Shown in pieces: positions 10,706-20,695 of a DNA stretch of 64,000 bases. The notes beneath the pieces were generated by a model, which saw nothing but the letters and a program-made list of their open reading frames with translations, did no database searches and was not told where the DNA came from. Position 1 is the first letter of the stretch. The number at the start of each line of letters is the position of its first letter. The DNA is from Planctomycetota bacterium (GTDB lineage: Bacteria > Planctomycetota > B15-G4 > SIAN01). The stretch covers positions 64,001 through 128,000 of the forward strand of contig JANNXA010000022.1 of assembly GCA_031409275.1 (NCBI GenBank). Reading direction: 5' to 3'. A program made the translations under genes and the position numbers.

Positions 10706-13384
10706 ATGAACTCCGCGGCGATCCGATCCACCTACCTCGACTTCTTCCGTGCGCGTGGCCACACCGTGATGCCGTCGGCCTCGCTCGTGCCGGACGACGA
10801 TCCGACGCTGCTGTTCACCGGCGCTGGAATGAACCAGTTCAAGGACATGTTCCTTGGACGCGGCAGTCTCAGCTGCAAGCGCGCGACCACGACCCAGAAG
10901 TGCGTGCGCCTGCCCGACCTCGACAATGTCGGTCGCACGCCGAGCCACCACACCTTCTTCGAGATGCTCGGGAACTTCAGCTTCGGCGACTACTTCAAGC
11001 GTGAAGCCATCGAGTGGGCGGACGAATTGCTGCGCGTCGGCTACGGGATCGACCGCTCGCGTCTCGGCATCACCGTCTATCGCGAAGACGATGAAGCGGC
11101 CGCGATCTGGAAGAAGCTCGGCTACCAGCGCATCTGGCGCTTCGGGGAGAAGGACAACTTCTGGCCTTCAGAGGCGCCTTCCAAGGGGCCCAACGGTCCC
11201 TGCGGTCCCTGCTCCGAGATCTACTTCGACTGGGGCGTTCGCGCCGACGGTTCGCCTGGCACCACCGACGATCCGAGTTCGTCCGGCGGCCGTTTCCTCG
11301 AGATCTGGAACCTGGTCTTCACCCAGTACGACCGTCGTGACGGCGGTGTTCTCGAGGCGTTGCCGCAGCGCAACATCGACACTGGAATGGGGTTCGAGCG
11401 CATCGTGCGCGTGCTGCAGGGCAAGCCCACCAACTTCGAGACGGATCTCTTCCTGCCGATCCTCGAGCGCCTCGGCGTGCTCGCGAAACGGCCTTACGGC
11501 GAGCAGCGCTCGCTCGATCGGCCGATGCGTCGAATCGCCGACCACCTGCGCGCCAGCGTCTTCGCGATCGCGGACGGCGTCGTTCCGAGCAACGAGCGGC
11601 AGGGCTACGTCGTGCGCAAGATCATGCGGCGCGCGCTCGCCGACGGTCTCGATGCGCTCGGAATCCGTGGACCGTTCCTCGCCGAGCTGGCCCCGGCCGT
11701 GATCGCGGTGCCCGGGATGGCGGAGTGCTTCCCGGAGATCAAGCGCCACGAGGCGAAGATCGTGCAGGTGATCGGTGAGGAGGAGCGCAAGTTCCTCGAG
11801 ACCTATTCGAAGGGGCGCGAGAAGCTCGCCGAGGAAGTGACGCGCCTCAAGCAGTCCGGCGCGGTCGCGTTGCCCGGACGCACGGCGTTCTTCCTGTGGG
11901 ACACGTCCGGCTTCCCGATCGACCTCACGCTGCGAGTCCTCGAGGATGAAGGGCTTTCGCTCGACGTCGCCGGTTTCGAAGCGGCGATGGAGGAGCAGCG
12001 CGCCCGCTCGCGCGCCGGCTCCACGATGAAGGGGGACATCTTCGCGGGCGGTCCGCTGAAGGAGCTGAAGCGCGACGTCGCGCCCACGCAGTTCACCGGT
12101 TTCGAGCAGTCGGCGCGCCTTGCGCCGCTGCTGGTGCTGCTGCGCGACGGCGTGCGCGCGCGGACCGCGACCGAGGGGCAGGAGGTCGCCCTGGTGTTCG
12201 AGGCGACGCCGTTCTACGCCGAAGGCGGCGGACAGGTCGGCGACCGCGGCGAGTTCGTCTCCGACTCCTTCCGAGTTCGCATCTTCGATACGACCAAGCA
12301 GGACGGCTACTTCCTCCATCACGGCACGGTCACCATTGGGAGCGTGTCGGAAGGGCAGAGCGGTCAGCTCGAGGTCGATGTCACCGCTCATCGCGGGCCG
12401 ACGCGCCGTAATCACACGGCGACTCATCTGCTGCACTGGGCGTTGCGTCGCGTCCTCGGCAACACGGTCGAGCAGCGCGGCTCGCTGGTCAATCCCGACC
12501 GGTTGCGCTTCGACTTCTCCTGGCAGGGCGCGGTGCCTCCCGAGAAGTTGCGCGAAGTCGAGCACCTGGTGAACGAGCAGATCGTCGCGAACCTCGGCGT
12601 CGCGACCCAGGAGTGCGCCTACGACGAGGCGCTTCGATCGGGAGCGATGGCGCTGTTTGGCGAGAAGTACGGCGATCGAGTCCGCGTCGTCGCCGTCGAC
12701 GATGCCCTGCTCGATCGACGCAGCGTCGAACTCTGCGGCGGGACGCATGTGCAGCGCACCGGAGACATCGGCTCGTTCAAGATCGTCGCCGAAGGCGGCG
12801 TCGCGGCCGGTGTGCGGCGCCTCGAAGCGGTGACGGGCCTGCGCTCGTTCGAGTTCTTCCAGGCGCGCGACGAACTGGTGCGCGGCGTCGCGGCGCAGAT
12901 GCGGGCGACGGTCGAGGAGCTTCCGGCCCGCGTCACGGCGTTGCAGGACGAAGTGAAGCGACTGAAGAAGGAGCTCGAAAAGTCGTCGCGTGCGCAGTCG
13001 AGCGGAGTCCTCGACGACCTGCTGGCGAGCGCGGAGACGCTCGGAGGCGTACGGGCGATCGTCGCGGCGCTCGACCTCGCCGGTGACCCGCTGCTTGCGA
13101 TCGTCGATCAGGCGAAGGCGAAGCTCGCCGGCGGCTGCATCGTGCTGGTGGGCCGGGAGGGAGAGCGCGCGCCGATCGTCGTCTCGGTGGACAAGGAGGC
13201 GCAGAGCCGCGGCTTGAAGGCGGGAGATCTCTGCAAGTTGCTGGCGGTCGAACTCGGCGGCGGCGGCGGCGGAAATCCATCGCTCGCGCGCGGGCAGGGG
13301 CGGTCCGACCGCTCTCCGGACGCCGCCTTGGCGAAGGTGAGGGAGGCGATTCGAGCCCAGACCGGCGGCGGCAGCGGCGGTTGA
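10706..13384 (+). CDS. alaS: Alanine--tRNA ligase
   Basis: LLFTGAGMNQFK, HHTFFEMLGNFSFGDYFK, GPCGPCSEI, IDTGMGFER, NHTATHLLH and ELCGGTHV; an alternative ATG lies at 10691. Confidence 0.99.
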   Translation: MNSAAIRSTYLDFFRARGHTVMPSASLVPDDDPTLLFTGAGMNQFKDMFLGRGSLSCKRATTTQKCVRLPDLDNVGRTPSHHTFFEMLGNFSFGDYFKREAIEWADELLRVGYGIDRSRLGITVYREDDEAAAIWKKLGYQRIWRFGEKDNFWPSEAPSKGPNGPCGPCSEIYFDWGVRADGSPGTTDDPSSSGGRFLEIWNLVFTQYDRRDGGVLEALPQRNIDTGMGFERIVRVLQGKPTNFETDLFLPILERLGVLAKRPYGEQRSLDRPMRRIADHLRASVFAIADGVVPSNERQGYVVRKIMRRALADGLDALGIRGPFLAELAPAVIAVPGMAECFPEIKRHEAKIVQVIGEEERKFLETYSKGREKLAEEVTRLKQSGAVALPGRTAFFLWDTSGFPIDLTLRVLEDEGLSLDVAGFEAAMEEQRARSRAGSTMKGDIFAGGPLKELKRDVAPTQFTGFEQSARLAPLLVLLRDGVRARTATEGQEVALVFEATPFYAEGGGQVGDRGEFVSDSFRVRIFDTTKQDGYFLHHGTVTIGSVSEGQSGQLEVDVTAHRGPTRRNHTATHLLHWALRRVLGNTVEQRGSLVNPDRLRFDFSWQGAVPPEKLREVEHLVNEQIVANLGVATQECAYDEALRSGAMALFGEKYGDRVRVVAVDDALLDRRSVELCGGTHVQRTGDIGSFKIVAEGGVAAGVRRLEAVTGLRSFEFFQARDELVRGVAAQMRATVEELPARVTALQDEVKRLKKELEKSSRAQSSGVLDDLLASAETLGGVRAIVAALDLAGDPLLAIVDQAKAKLAGGCIVLVGREGERAPIVVSVDKEAQSRGLKAGDLCKLLAVELGGGGGGNPSLARGQGRSDRSPDAALAKVREAIRAQTGGGSGG

Positions 13385-13431
13385 GCCCGGCGGCGGACGG
13401 AGCGCTCGTTGGCCGGCGCGGCCCCGTGCCA

Positions 13432-13460
13432 TTGATTGCCCGGGGAATGCGCCTTAACGT
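13432..13460 (+). promoter_or_regulatory. Putative sigma70 promoter of the rpmF-plsX-fab operon
   Basis: TTGATT-N17-TAACGT. Confidence 0.5.
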
Positions 13461-13633
13461 GCCCCGCTTCCGCCTGCCTCGCCGGAAGACGTGTCGGGGA
13501 GCCCGAAGGGGGCTCCTTCCAACTCGACTTCAGCGTGGCAGGTTCCGTCCTGGGCGGACTGGCCGTTTCGACGAGCCGCGTCTTCCCCGGCCGGCGTTCG
13601 CGCTGCGACCGCCGACTTGATGAGGCAGATCCC

Positions 13634-13831
13634 ATGGCCGTTCCGAAGAAAAAGACGTCACGTCATCGCAAGGGCAAGCGCCGTTCGCATCACCATCTCG
13701 AGGCACCGGGCATGTCGCGCTGCGGTCGCTGCGGCGGGCCGACCAAGCCGCACGCGGTGTGCGATCGCTGTGGTCACTACGGCAAGCTGCAGGTGTTCGC
13801 CGACGTCGGCCCCGGCGCGACGCCGAGCTGA
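13634..13831 (+). CDS. rpmF: 50S ribosomal protein L32, zinc-ribbon form
   Basis: MAVPKKKTSRHRKGKRRSH, CGRC...PHAVCDRCGHY; canonical position before plsX. Confidence 0.97.
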   Translation: MAVPKKKTSRHRKGKRRSHHHLEAPGMSRCGRCGGPTKPHAVCDRCGHYGKLQVFADVGPGATPS

Positions 13832-13876
13832 CCCGCTCCCCGGAATTCGAGTTCCGGCCTTGAGAGGGAGGGAGGC

Positions 13877-14884
13877 ATGAAGATCGCCGTGGACGCCATG
13901 GGCGGCGATCACGCCCCGGAGGAGATCCTCCTGGGCGTCGCCCGTGCGTTCGAGAAGGGGTTCGTTCGTCCCGACGAGATCATCCTTGTCGGGATGCCGG
14001 ACCGTCTTGAGCCGTTCTTCGCGAAGGCGCCGGTGCTGCGCCAGTGTGAGCTGCGTGTCGCGACCGAAGAGGTCGCGATGGGGGACTCCCCGGTCAAGGT
14101 GCTGCGAAAGCCGCAATCCTCGATCATGGTGGCGATGGACGCGGTGCGAACCGGCGCGGCTGGCGCGTTCGTGTCGGCCGGCAGCACGGGGGCATGCGTG
14201 GCTGCCGCGTGGCGCGTGCTCGGTCCGATCGAGAACGTCGATCGACCGGGCATCGCCGTCACGTTCGAGGGAGCGGCCGGCCCGCTGACGATCCTCGATG
14301 TCGGCGCGAACATTCACGCCACGCCGAATCACCTGCTGCAGTACGGGGTGATGGGCGAGCTCTTCAGCCGCAACGTGCTCGGCGTGGCCAAGCCTCGCGT
14401 CGCGTTGCTCAACATCGGCGAGGAAGAGGAGAAGGGCAACAAGCTCGTCAAGGAGACGCGCGAGCTCTTCGAGTCGGCCGCATTCGACTTCGTCGGCAAC
14501 GTCGAGGGCAACCACCTCCTGTCGGGCAAAGCGGACGTCGTCGTCTGCGAGGGATTCGTCGGGAACGTCGTCCTGAAGGTCTTCGAAGGCGTCGGCCACT
14601 ATTTCTACGGCGCGGTGAAAGCGGCGCTCGTCGAGCCTGCCGCGCAAGCCTCTCCGCTCGGCGTCGCCGTGCGCGGCATCACCAAGAAGCTCGACTACGC
14701 CGAATATGGCGGCGCCCCGCTGCTGGGTGTGAACGGCCTCGTCATGATCATGCACGGACGCTCCGATCGCCGCGCGATGGCCAACGCATTGCACGTTTCG
14801 GCGCAGTTCGTCACCGCCGACGTGAATCGCCAGATCGGCCGCGCGCTCGGGAGCAGCCGCGGCACCGACGGAGCCGCCTCGTGA
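13877..14884 (+). CDS. plsX: Phosphate acyltransferase PlsX
   Basis: IAVDAMGGDHAP, VSAGSTGA, LDVGAN, LLNIGEEEEKG and YGGAPLLGVNG. Confidence 0.97.
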   Translation: MKIAVDAMGGDHAPEEILLGVARAFEKGFVRPDEIILVGMPDRLEPFFAKAPVLRQCELRVATEEVAMGDSPVKVLRKPQSSIMVAMDAVRTGAAGAFVSAGSTGACVAAAWRVLGPIENVDRPGIAVTFEGAAGPLTILDVGANIHATPNHLLQYGVMGELFSRNVLGVAKPRVALLNIGEEEEKGNKLVKETRELFESAAFDFVGNVEGNHLLSGKADVVVCEGFVGNVVLKVFEGVGHYFYGAVKAALVEPAAQASPLGVAVRGITKKLDYAEYGGAPLLGVNGLVMIMHGRSDRRAMANALHVSAQFVTADVNRQIGRALGSSRGTDGAAS

Positions 14885-15870
14885 GCGGTCCGCTGCGTGT
14901 CGGCATTCGCGGCACCGGTTCAGCTCTGCCCTCGAAGGTGCTGCGGAACTCCGACTTCGAGCGGATGGTCGACACCAGCGACGACTGGATCGTCTCGCGC
15001 ACGGGCATCAAGGAACGCCGGATCGTCAGCGACGGCGAGACGACGGCGACGCTGGCCACCGAGGCGGCGCGCCGCGCTCTCGATGCTGCCGGCATCGCGG
15101 CGACGGATCTCGATGCGATCGTGGTCGCGACCGTCACCCCTGACAATCAGTTCCCGTCGACGGCTTGCAAGGTGCAGGCGGCCATCGGAGCCACTCGTGC
15201 CGGCGCCTTCGACATCGGCGCCGCCTGTTCCGGCTTCCTCTACGGAATGAACGTCGGCCGATCGTTGATCGTCGCCGGCTCGGCGCGCAACGTCCTCTTG
15301 ATCGGCGCAGAGACGCTGTCGCGCATCGTCGACTACACCGACCGTTCGGCCTGCATCCTCTTCGGAGACGGTGCAGGGGCCGCGGTGCTCAGCACCGAGT
15401 TCGAGCGGGGCGAAGTGCTTCCGCACCGCATCTACTCGGACGGCGCCGGCTACGAGATCATGTGGCTGCAAGCGGGCGGTTCGGCGCAGCGGCTCACGCC
15501 CGAGGCGATGGCTGCCGGACAGCATTTCCTCCGCATCCGCGGACGCGAGGTCTACAAGTTCGCTGTCAGCCGTTTCGTCGAACTGGTGCAGGAACAGCTG
15601 GCTTCGAACCCGGGCGAGTCGCTTGGATTGGTGATCCCGCACCAGGTGAACCTGCGCATCATCGAAAGCGCCCGCGAGAAGCTCGGCATCCCGATGGAGC
15701 AGATCTTCTGCAACATCGAGAAGTACGGGAACACTTCGGCGGCTTCGATCGCGATCGCGCTCGATGAGGCGGTCCGCTCGAAGGCGATCGACGTTGCGCG
15801 CGGCAAGCTCGTCGTCTTCTGCGCGTTCGGGGCGGGCCTGACGTGGGCTTCCGGCGCTCTGCGCTGGTGA
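14881..15870 (+). CDS. fabH: 3-oxoacyl-ACP synthase III
   Basis: GTG start overlapping the plsX stop; DTSDDWIVSRTGIKERR; catalytic AACSGF, PHQVN and YGNTSAAS. Confidence 0.97.
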   Translation: MSGPLRVGIRGTGSALPSKVLRNSDFERMVDTSDDWIVSRTGIKERRIVSDGETTATLATEAARRALDAAGIAATDLDAIVVATVTPDNQFPSTACKVQAAIGATRAGAFDIGAACSGFLYGMNVGRSLIVAGSARNVLLIGAETLSRIVDYTDRSACILFGDGAGAAVLSTEFERGEVLPHRIYSDGAGYEIMWLQAGGSAQRLTPEAMAAGQHFLRIRGREVYKFAVSRFVELVQEQLASNPGESLGLVIPHQVNLRIIESAREKLGIPMEQIFCNIEKYGNTSAASIAIALDEAVRSKAIDVARGKLVVFCAFGAGLTWASGALRW

Positions 15871-15893
15871 TCGCCAATTCGGAGCGACTGTCG

Positions 15894-16838
15894 ATGCGAG
15901 CGATCCTCTTTCCAGGGCAAGGTGCCCAGCACGTGGGCATGGGCAAGAGCTTCCATGACGCCTCGTTGGCCGCGCGGCAGCTCTTCGCGCGTGCCGAGGC
16001 GGTGCTCGGCGTTCCGCTCGCGAAGCTCTGCTTCGAAGGGCCGGAGTCCGAACTCGAGAAGACCGATCTCTGTCAGCCGGCGATTTTCGTCTGCAGTGCC
16101 GCCATCATCGTGGCGCTCGAAGAGCGTGGCGCGTTGGCGCGTGCGGACTTCACGTACGCGGCGGGGCTGTCGCTGGGCGAGTACACGGCGCTCTGGTTCG
16201 CCGGCGCGCTTTCGTTCGAGGACGCGGTGCGCATCGTCCGCGAGCGGGGACGCGGTATGCAGGCGGCGTCGGAGGCGCGGCCGAGCGGGATGCTCGCGCT
16301 GCTCGGTGCCAACGAGGAACTGGCGCGCGCCGTCTGCGCCAAGCGCGCCGAGGGCGAGGTCCTCACGCCCGCCAATTTCCTCTGTCCGGGCAACATCGCG
16401 ATCTCGGGGAGCAGGGCGGCGCTCGATCGCGTCGTGGCCAACGCGCGCGCGGACGGCGTTCGGAAGGCGATTCCGCTGAAGGTCGCTGGCGCGTTCCACT
16501 CGACGCTGATGGATCCCGGGTTGCCGTTGCTCGCTGCCGCGCTGCGAGCTTCGAAGATCGCGGCGCCGCGGATCCCGGTGATCTCGAACGTGACCGCGCA
16601 GCCGCATGGCACTCCGGCCGAGATCGAGGCAACGCTGCTCGCGCAGGTCACTTCGCCGGTGCTCTGGGAGCGCTCGATGCGTGCACTGATCGGCTTGGGC
16701 GTCACCGATTGTTTCGAGCCAGGCCCCGGCGCCGTGCTTTCCGGCCTGATGGGCAAGATCGACGGCAACGTGCGCTGCCGCAATGTTGCGAAGGTCGAGG
16801 ACCTCGAGCGCGCCGCGACCGAAGGCGGTGGCGCATGA
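15894..16838 (+). CDS. fabD: Malonyl-CoA:ACP transacylase
   Basis: FPGQGAQ, AGLSLGEY, VAGAFHS and EPGPG. Confidence 0.97.
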   Translation: MRAILFPGQGAQHVGMGKSFHDASLAARQLFARAEAVLGVPLAKLCFEGPESELEKTDLCQPAIFVCSAAIIVALEERGALARADFTYAAGLSLGEYTALWFAGALSFEDAVRIVRERGRGMQAASEARPSGMLALLGANEELARAVCAKRAEGEVLTPANFLCPGNIAISGSRAALDRVVANARADGVRKAIPLKVAGAFHSTLMDPGLPLLAAALRASKIAAPRIPVISNVTAQPHGTPAEIEATLLAQVTSPVLWERSMRALIGLGVTDCFEPGPGAVLSGLMGKIDGNVRCRNVAKVEDLERAATEGGGA

Positions 16839-17602
16839 GCGCGGCATCAACGCTCGCCGGGCGCGTCGCCCTCGTGACCGGAGCCTCGCGCGGCATCGGG
16901 CGCGCCATCGCCGTTCGCCTCGCGACGGATGGTGCCGACGTGGCCATCGTTGCGCGCAGCGCGGAGGCGCTCGCGTCGACGCGCGCGGAGATCGAAGCGC
17001 TGGGGCGACGCTGCATCGTCCTCCCGCTCGATGTGGCCGACAGCGGCCAGGTCACTGACGCCGTGAAGAAGACGGTCGCGGAAGCGGGGCGGCTCGACAT
17101 CCTGGTCAACAACGCCGGCGTGACCCGCGATGGCCTGCTGATGAGGATGAGCGACGAGGATTGGGATACCGTCCTCGACATCGACCTGAAGGGCGTGTTC
17201 CTCTTCTGCCGGGCGGCGGCGCGGCCGTTGGCCAAGAGCCCGGCCGGACGGATCGTGAACGTGTCGTCGATCGTCGGCATGATCGGCAACGCGGGGCAGG
17301 CGAACTACGCGGCGGCGAAGGCGGGGCTGTTCGGCTTCACCCGCTCGCTCGCCAAGGAGCTTGCTGGTCGCAAAGTGACGGCCAACGTCGTTTGCCCGGG
17401 TTTCATCGAGACCGACATGACGGCGGGACTGCCCGCCGACATGAAGACGAAGTCGCTTGGCCAGATTCCGCTTGGGCGGTTCGGGGCGGGCGAAGACATC
17501 GCTAGCGTCGTCGGCTTCTTGTGCAGCGACGGGGCGGCCTACGTCACCGGGAGCGTGATTCCGGTGGATGGTGGGCTCGCGATCGGGGGTTTCGGAGGCT
17601 GA
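16835..17602 (+). CDS. fabG: 3-oxoacyl-ACP reductase
   Basis: [22 protein letters not shown] and PGFIETDMT. Confidence 0.97.
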   Translation: MSAASTLAGRVALVTGASRGIGRAIAVRLATDGADVAIVARSAEALASTRAEIEALGRRCIVLPLDVADSGQVTDAVKKTVAEAGRLDILVNNAGVTRDGLLMRMSDEDWDTVLDIDLKGVFLFCRAAARPLAKSPAGRIVNVSSIVGMIGNAGQANYAAAKAGLFGFTRSLAKELAGRKVTANVVCPGFIETDMTAGLPADMKTKSLGQIPLGRFGAGEDIASVVGFLCSDGAAYVTGSVIPVDGGLAIGGFGG

Positions 17603-17742
17603 TTCATGGCGAGTTCGGGCGCGTCGGCGCCCAGAACGCGCTTGCGACGAGAATTCGAGTTATCATTCCGCCCGCTTTCGGGCGCCGGGACGCATCGCGT
17701 CGTCGGCGCGCCCGGGCGGCAAGGCCAGTCGGAGGACCGAGG

Positions 17743-17982
17743 GTGTCTCAGAGCATCGACGAGCGCGTGATCAACATCATTTGCGAGCAGATGGGTGCCA
17801 GCAAGGACAAGATCACGATGGCGACGTCCTTCGTGAACGACCTTGGCGCCGACTCGCTCGACACGGTCGAGCTGGTGATGGAGTTCGAGGACGAGTTCGA
17901 CGTCAACATCCCCGATGACGACGCCGAGAAGATCCAGACCGTCGGCGACGCCATCAAGTACATCAAGGAGCGCGTGGAGTAA
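17743..17982 (+). CDS. acpP: Acyl carrier protein
   Basis: [28 protein letters not shown] and GTG start. Confidence 0.98.
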   Translation: MSQSIDERVINIICEQMGASKDKITMATSFVNDLGADSLDTVELVMEFEDEFDVNIPDDDAEKIQTVGDAIKYIKERVE

Positions 17983-17990
17983 GCGCCCGG

Positions 17991-19235
17991 ATGGCAAAAC
18001 GTCGAGTCGTCATCACCGGAGTCGGTGCCGTCACGCCTTTGGGTGTCGGCGCCGAGCTGACTTTCGAGCGCCTCCTGCGAGGTGATTCGGGAGTGGCTGC
18101 CATCACGTCGTTCGATGCGGCGGCGTTCGCGACCCGCATCGCGGGCGAGTGCCGCGACTTCGACGTCGAGAAGCACTTCCCCCGCATCGAGGCGAAGAAG
18201 CTCGACCGCTTCACGGCGTTCGCGCTCGTCGCCGCCAAAGAGGCGATCGACGCATCGGGCATCAAGGAAGGTTCGCCGGACACCAGCCGGATCGGCGTGG
18301 TGGTCGGTTCGGGGATCGGCGGGATCAACGAGCTCGAGGCGCAGGACAAGGTCCTCGCTGCGCGCGGGCCCGACCGCATCACGCCCTTCTTCATTCCCAA
18401 GATGATGATGAACGCGGCCGCTGGGCAGATCTCGATCTACCACGGCTTCGAGGGGCCCAACTTCGCGACCGCCTCGGCGTGCGCGTCCGCGTCCCACGCG
18501 ATCGGGATGGCGCTGCGCACGATCCAGTACGACGAAGCCGACGTCGTCATCGCGGGTGGGTCGGAGGCCACGGTCACTCCGCTCGCCATCGGCGGCTTCT
18601 GCGCGCTGAAGGCGATGTCGAAGCGCAACGATGATCCGGCCGGCGCGAGCCGACCGTTCGACCGTGATCGTGACGGCTTCGTGATGGGCGAGGGAGCCGC
18701 GATCCTCGTCCTCGAAGAGGCGGAACGCGCGAAGAAGCGCGGAGCGCGGATCTACGCCGAGCTCTGCGGTTTCGGGACCACCGCCGACGCGCACCACATC
18801 ACGGCGCCGAAGGAAGACGGCATCGGCCCGACACGGGCGATGCAGATCGCGCTGCGCGACGGCGGCCTCGATCCGGCGCAGGTGGACTACGTGAATGCCC
18901 ACGGCACGTCGACGGAGTACAACGACGTCGTCGAGACGCGAGCGCTCAAGATGGTTTTCGGCGAGCACGCGAAGCGCCTAGCGATCTCCTCCTCCAAGTC
19001 GATGATCGGCCACCTGCTCGGGGCGGCGGGAGCGGTCGGCGCGTTCGTCTCGGCGCTGTCCGTGGCGCGCGGCGTCGTCCACCCGACCCGCAATCTCGCG
19101 GTGCCGGATGCCCTTTGCGATCTCGACTACGTTCCGGGCGCCGCCCGCGAAATGCGCGTTCGAGCCGCCCTTTGCAACGCGCTCGGGTTTGGCGGGCACA
19201 ACGCCTGCCTCGCGTTCCGGGCGTTCAGCGGTTGA
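17991..19235 (+). CDS. fabF: 3-oxoacyl-ACP synthase II
   Basis: RRVVITGVG, ASACAS, YVNAHGTST, KSMIGHLLGAAG and GFGGHN. Confidence 0.97.
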   Translation: MAKRRVVITGVGAVTPLGVGAELTFERLLRGDSGVAAITSFDAAAFATRIAGECRDFDVEKHFPRIEAKKLDRFTAFALVAAKEAIDASGIKEGSPDTSRIGVVVGSGIGGINELEAQDKVLAARGPDRITPFFIPKMMMNAAAGQISIYHGFEGPNFATASACASASHAIGMALRTIQYDEADVVIAGGSEATVTPLAIGGFCALKAMSKRNDDPAGASRPFDRDRDGFVMGEGAAILVLEEAERAKKRGARIYAELCGFGTTADAHHITAPKEDGIGPTRAMQIALRDGGLDPAQVDYVNAHGTSTEYNDVVETRALKMVFGEHAKRLAISSSKSMIGHLLGAAGAVGAFVSALSVARGVVHPTRNLAVPDALCDLDYVPGAAREMRVRAALCNALGFGGHNACLAFRAFSG

Positions 19236-19263
19236 CCAACGTGCGGCGGCGGGACGGCTCCTG

Positions 19264-20667
19264 GTGACATCGAAAGACGCCGCGCTGCGGGCTCGCTTCT
19301 GCGAAGCGGAGCAGGGGCACGTCTTCCGTTTCTTCGACGACCTCTCGGCCGAGCAGCAGGCCACGCTGCTCGCGCAGCTTCGCTCGATCGACCTCGCGCT
19401 CGTGAAGCGACTGATCGAGACGCACCTCGCGGTCGACAAGCCACCGCACGTCCCGAAGCTCGATCCGGCGAACGTGATCCCGCTGGCCTCCGACGATCGG
19501 GCACGCGCCGAAGAGCGGGAGTCCCGGCGCGTCGGGGAAGAGGCGTTGCGCGCCGGTCGAGTCGCGGTCCTCGTGGTTGCCGGCGGGCAGGCGACCCGCC
19601 TCGGCTACGACGCGCCGAAAGGCACCTTCCCGATTGCTCCGATCTCCGGCAAGTCGCTGTTCCAGCTCCATGCCGAGAAGCTGAAGGCGCTGTCGATTCG
19701 TTACGGGAAGCCGCTGCCGTTGCTGCTGCTCGTCAGCCCCGACAACCACGCGCCGACTCGCCGCTTCTTCGAGCAGCATGCGTGGTTCGGGCTCGCGCCC
19801 GCCGATGTCGTCTTCTTCGAGCAAGGGATGCTGCCGGCGCTCGATCGCGACGGGCGCCTTCTGCTTGCCGAGCGCGGCCGGATCTTCCTCAGCCCCGATG
19901 GCCACGGCGGCGTCTATCGCGCGCTCGCGGCTGCCGGTCAGATCGAGAAGCTGAAGAAACGCGGCGTCGACACGATCTTCTACTTCCAGGTCGACAACCC
20001 CCTCGTGAAGGTGGCGGATCCGGTGTTCCTCGGGCATCACCTGCGCAACGATTCGGAGTTCTCGCTCAAGGTCGTCGCCAAGCGCGACGCGAACGAGAAG
20101 GTCGGCGTGTACGCGCAGGTCGATGGCCGACCCGGCATCGTCGAGTACTCCGACCTCCCGGAACCGCAGCGTGAAGCGCGCGACGCCGCTGGCCGGCTCG
20201 CGTACGGCGCTGGAAGCATCGCCATCCACGCGTTCAGCCTCGACTTCTTTGCGCGGCTCGGGCGCGGGACGCTCGACCTTCCGCACCACCTCGCCCGCAA
20301 GAAGGTGCCGTTCGTCGACGACACCGGCGATGTCGTCACGCCGACCGAACCCAACGGCATGAAGTTCGAGAGCTTCGTCTTCGACGGGCTCGCCCTCGCG
20401 AAGAAGACCCTCGCGATGGAGGTTCTCCGCAGCGAAGAGTTCGCGCCGGTGAAGAACAAGAGCGGCGAGGATTCGGCCGAAACCTCGCGTGCCGCGCAGT
20501 CGGCGCTGTTCCGCAGCTGGATCGCCGCCGCCGGCCTGCCGATCCCGTCGACGGGCGGCGCCGTCGAGATCGGTCCGCTCCTCGCGCTCGACGCGGAGGA
20601 GCTGCGCGAGCGACTCGCAGGTGGCGCGGGCGGCGGCCCGCTGCGAGTCCTCCTCGACAAGGCGTGA
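19264..20667 (+). CDS. UDPGP type-1 (UAP1-like) UDP-N-acetylglucosamine pyrophosphorylase
   Basis: VAGGQATRLGYDAPKG, SPDGHGG, FQVDNPL, EKVGV, VEYSDL, KFESFVFD and EFAPVKN; start codon uncertain. Confidence 0.9.
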   Translation: MTSKDAALRARFCEAEQGHVFRFFDDLSAEQQATLLAQLRSIDLALVKRLIETHLAVDKPPHVPKLDPANVIPLASDDRARAEERESRRVGEEALRAGRVAVLVVAGGQATRLGYDAPKGTFPIAPISGKSLFQLHAEKLKALSIRYGKPLPLLLLVSPDNHAPTRRFFEQHAWFGLAPADVVFFEQGMLPALDRDGRLLLAERGRIFLSPDGHGGVYRALAAAGQIEKLKKRGVDTIFYFQVDNPLVKVADPVFLGHHLRNDSEFSLKVVAKRDANEKVGVYAQVDGRPGIVEYSDLPEPQREARDAAGRLAYGAGSIAIHAFSLDFFARLGRGTLDLPHHLARKKVPFVDDTGDVVTPTEPNGMKFESFVFDGLALAKKTLAMEVLRSEEFAPVKNKSGEDSAETSRAAQSALFRSWIAAAGLPIPSTGGAVEIGPLLALDAEELRERLAGGAGGGPLRVLLDKA

Positions 20668-20695
20668 TCGAGGCGACGCGCTACACTCGCGGCCC

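Noticed and set aside
13381..13633. Short ORFs between alaS and rpmF as yceD/DUF177
   Set aside because: Too short and without DUF177 motifs; better explained as promoter plus leader.
14194..15870. Apparent long N-terminal extensions of FabH, DapB (20845), the DHOD-like protein (25195), Dxr (49325) and the YmfF-like protein (63024)
   Set aside because: The extensions overlap neighbouring genes in other frames; true starts coincide with family N-termini or start/stop overlaps.
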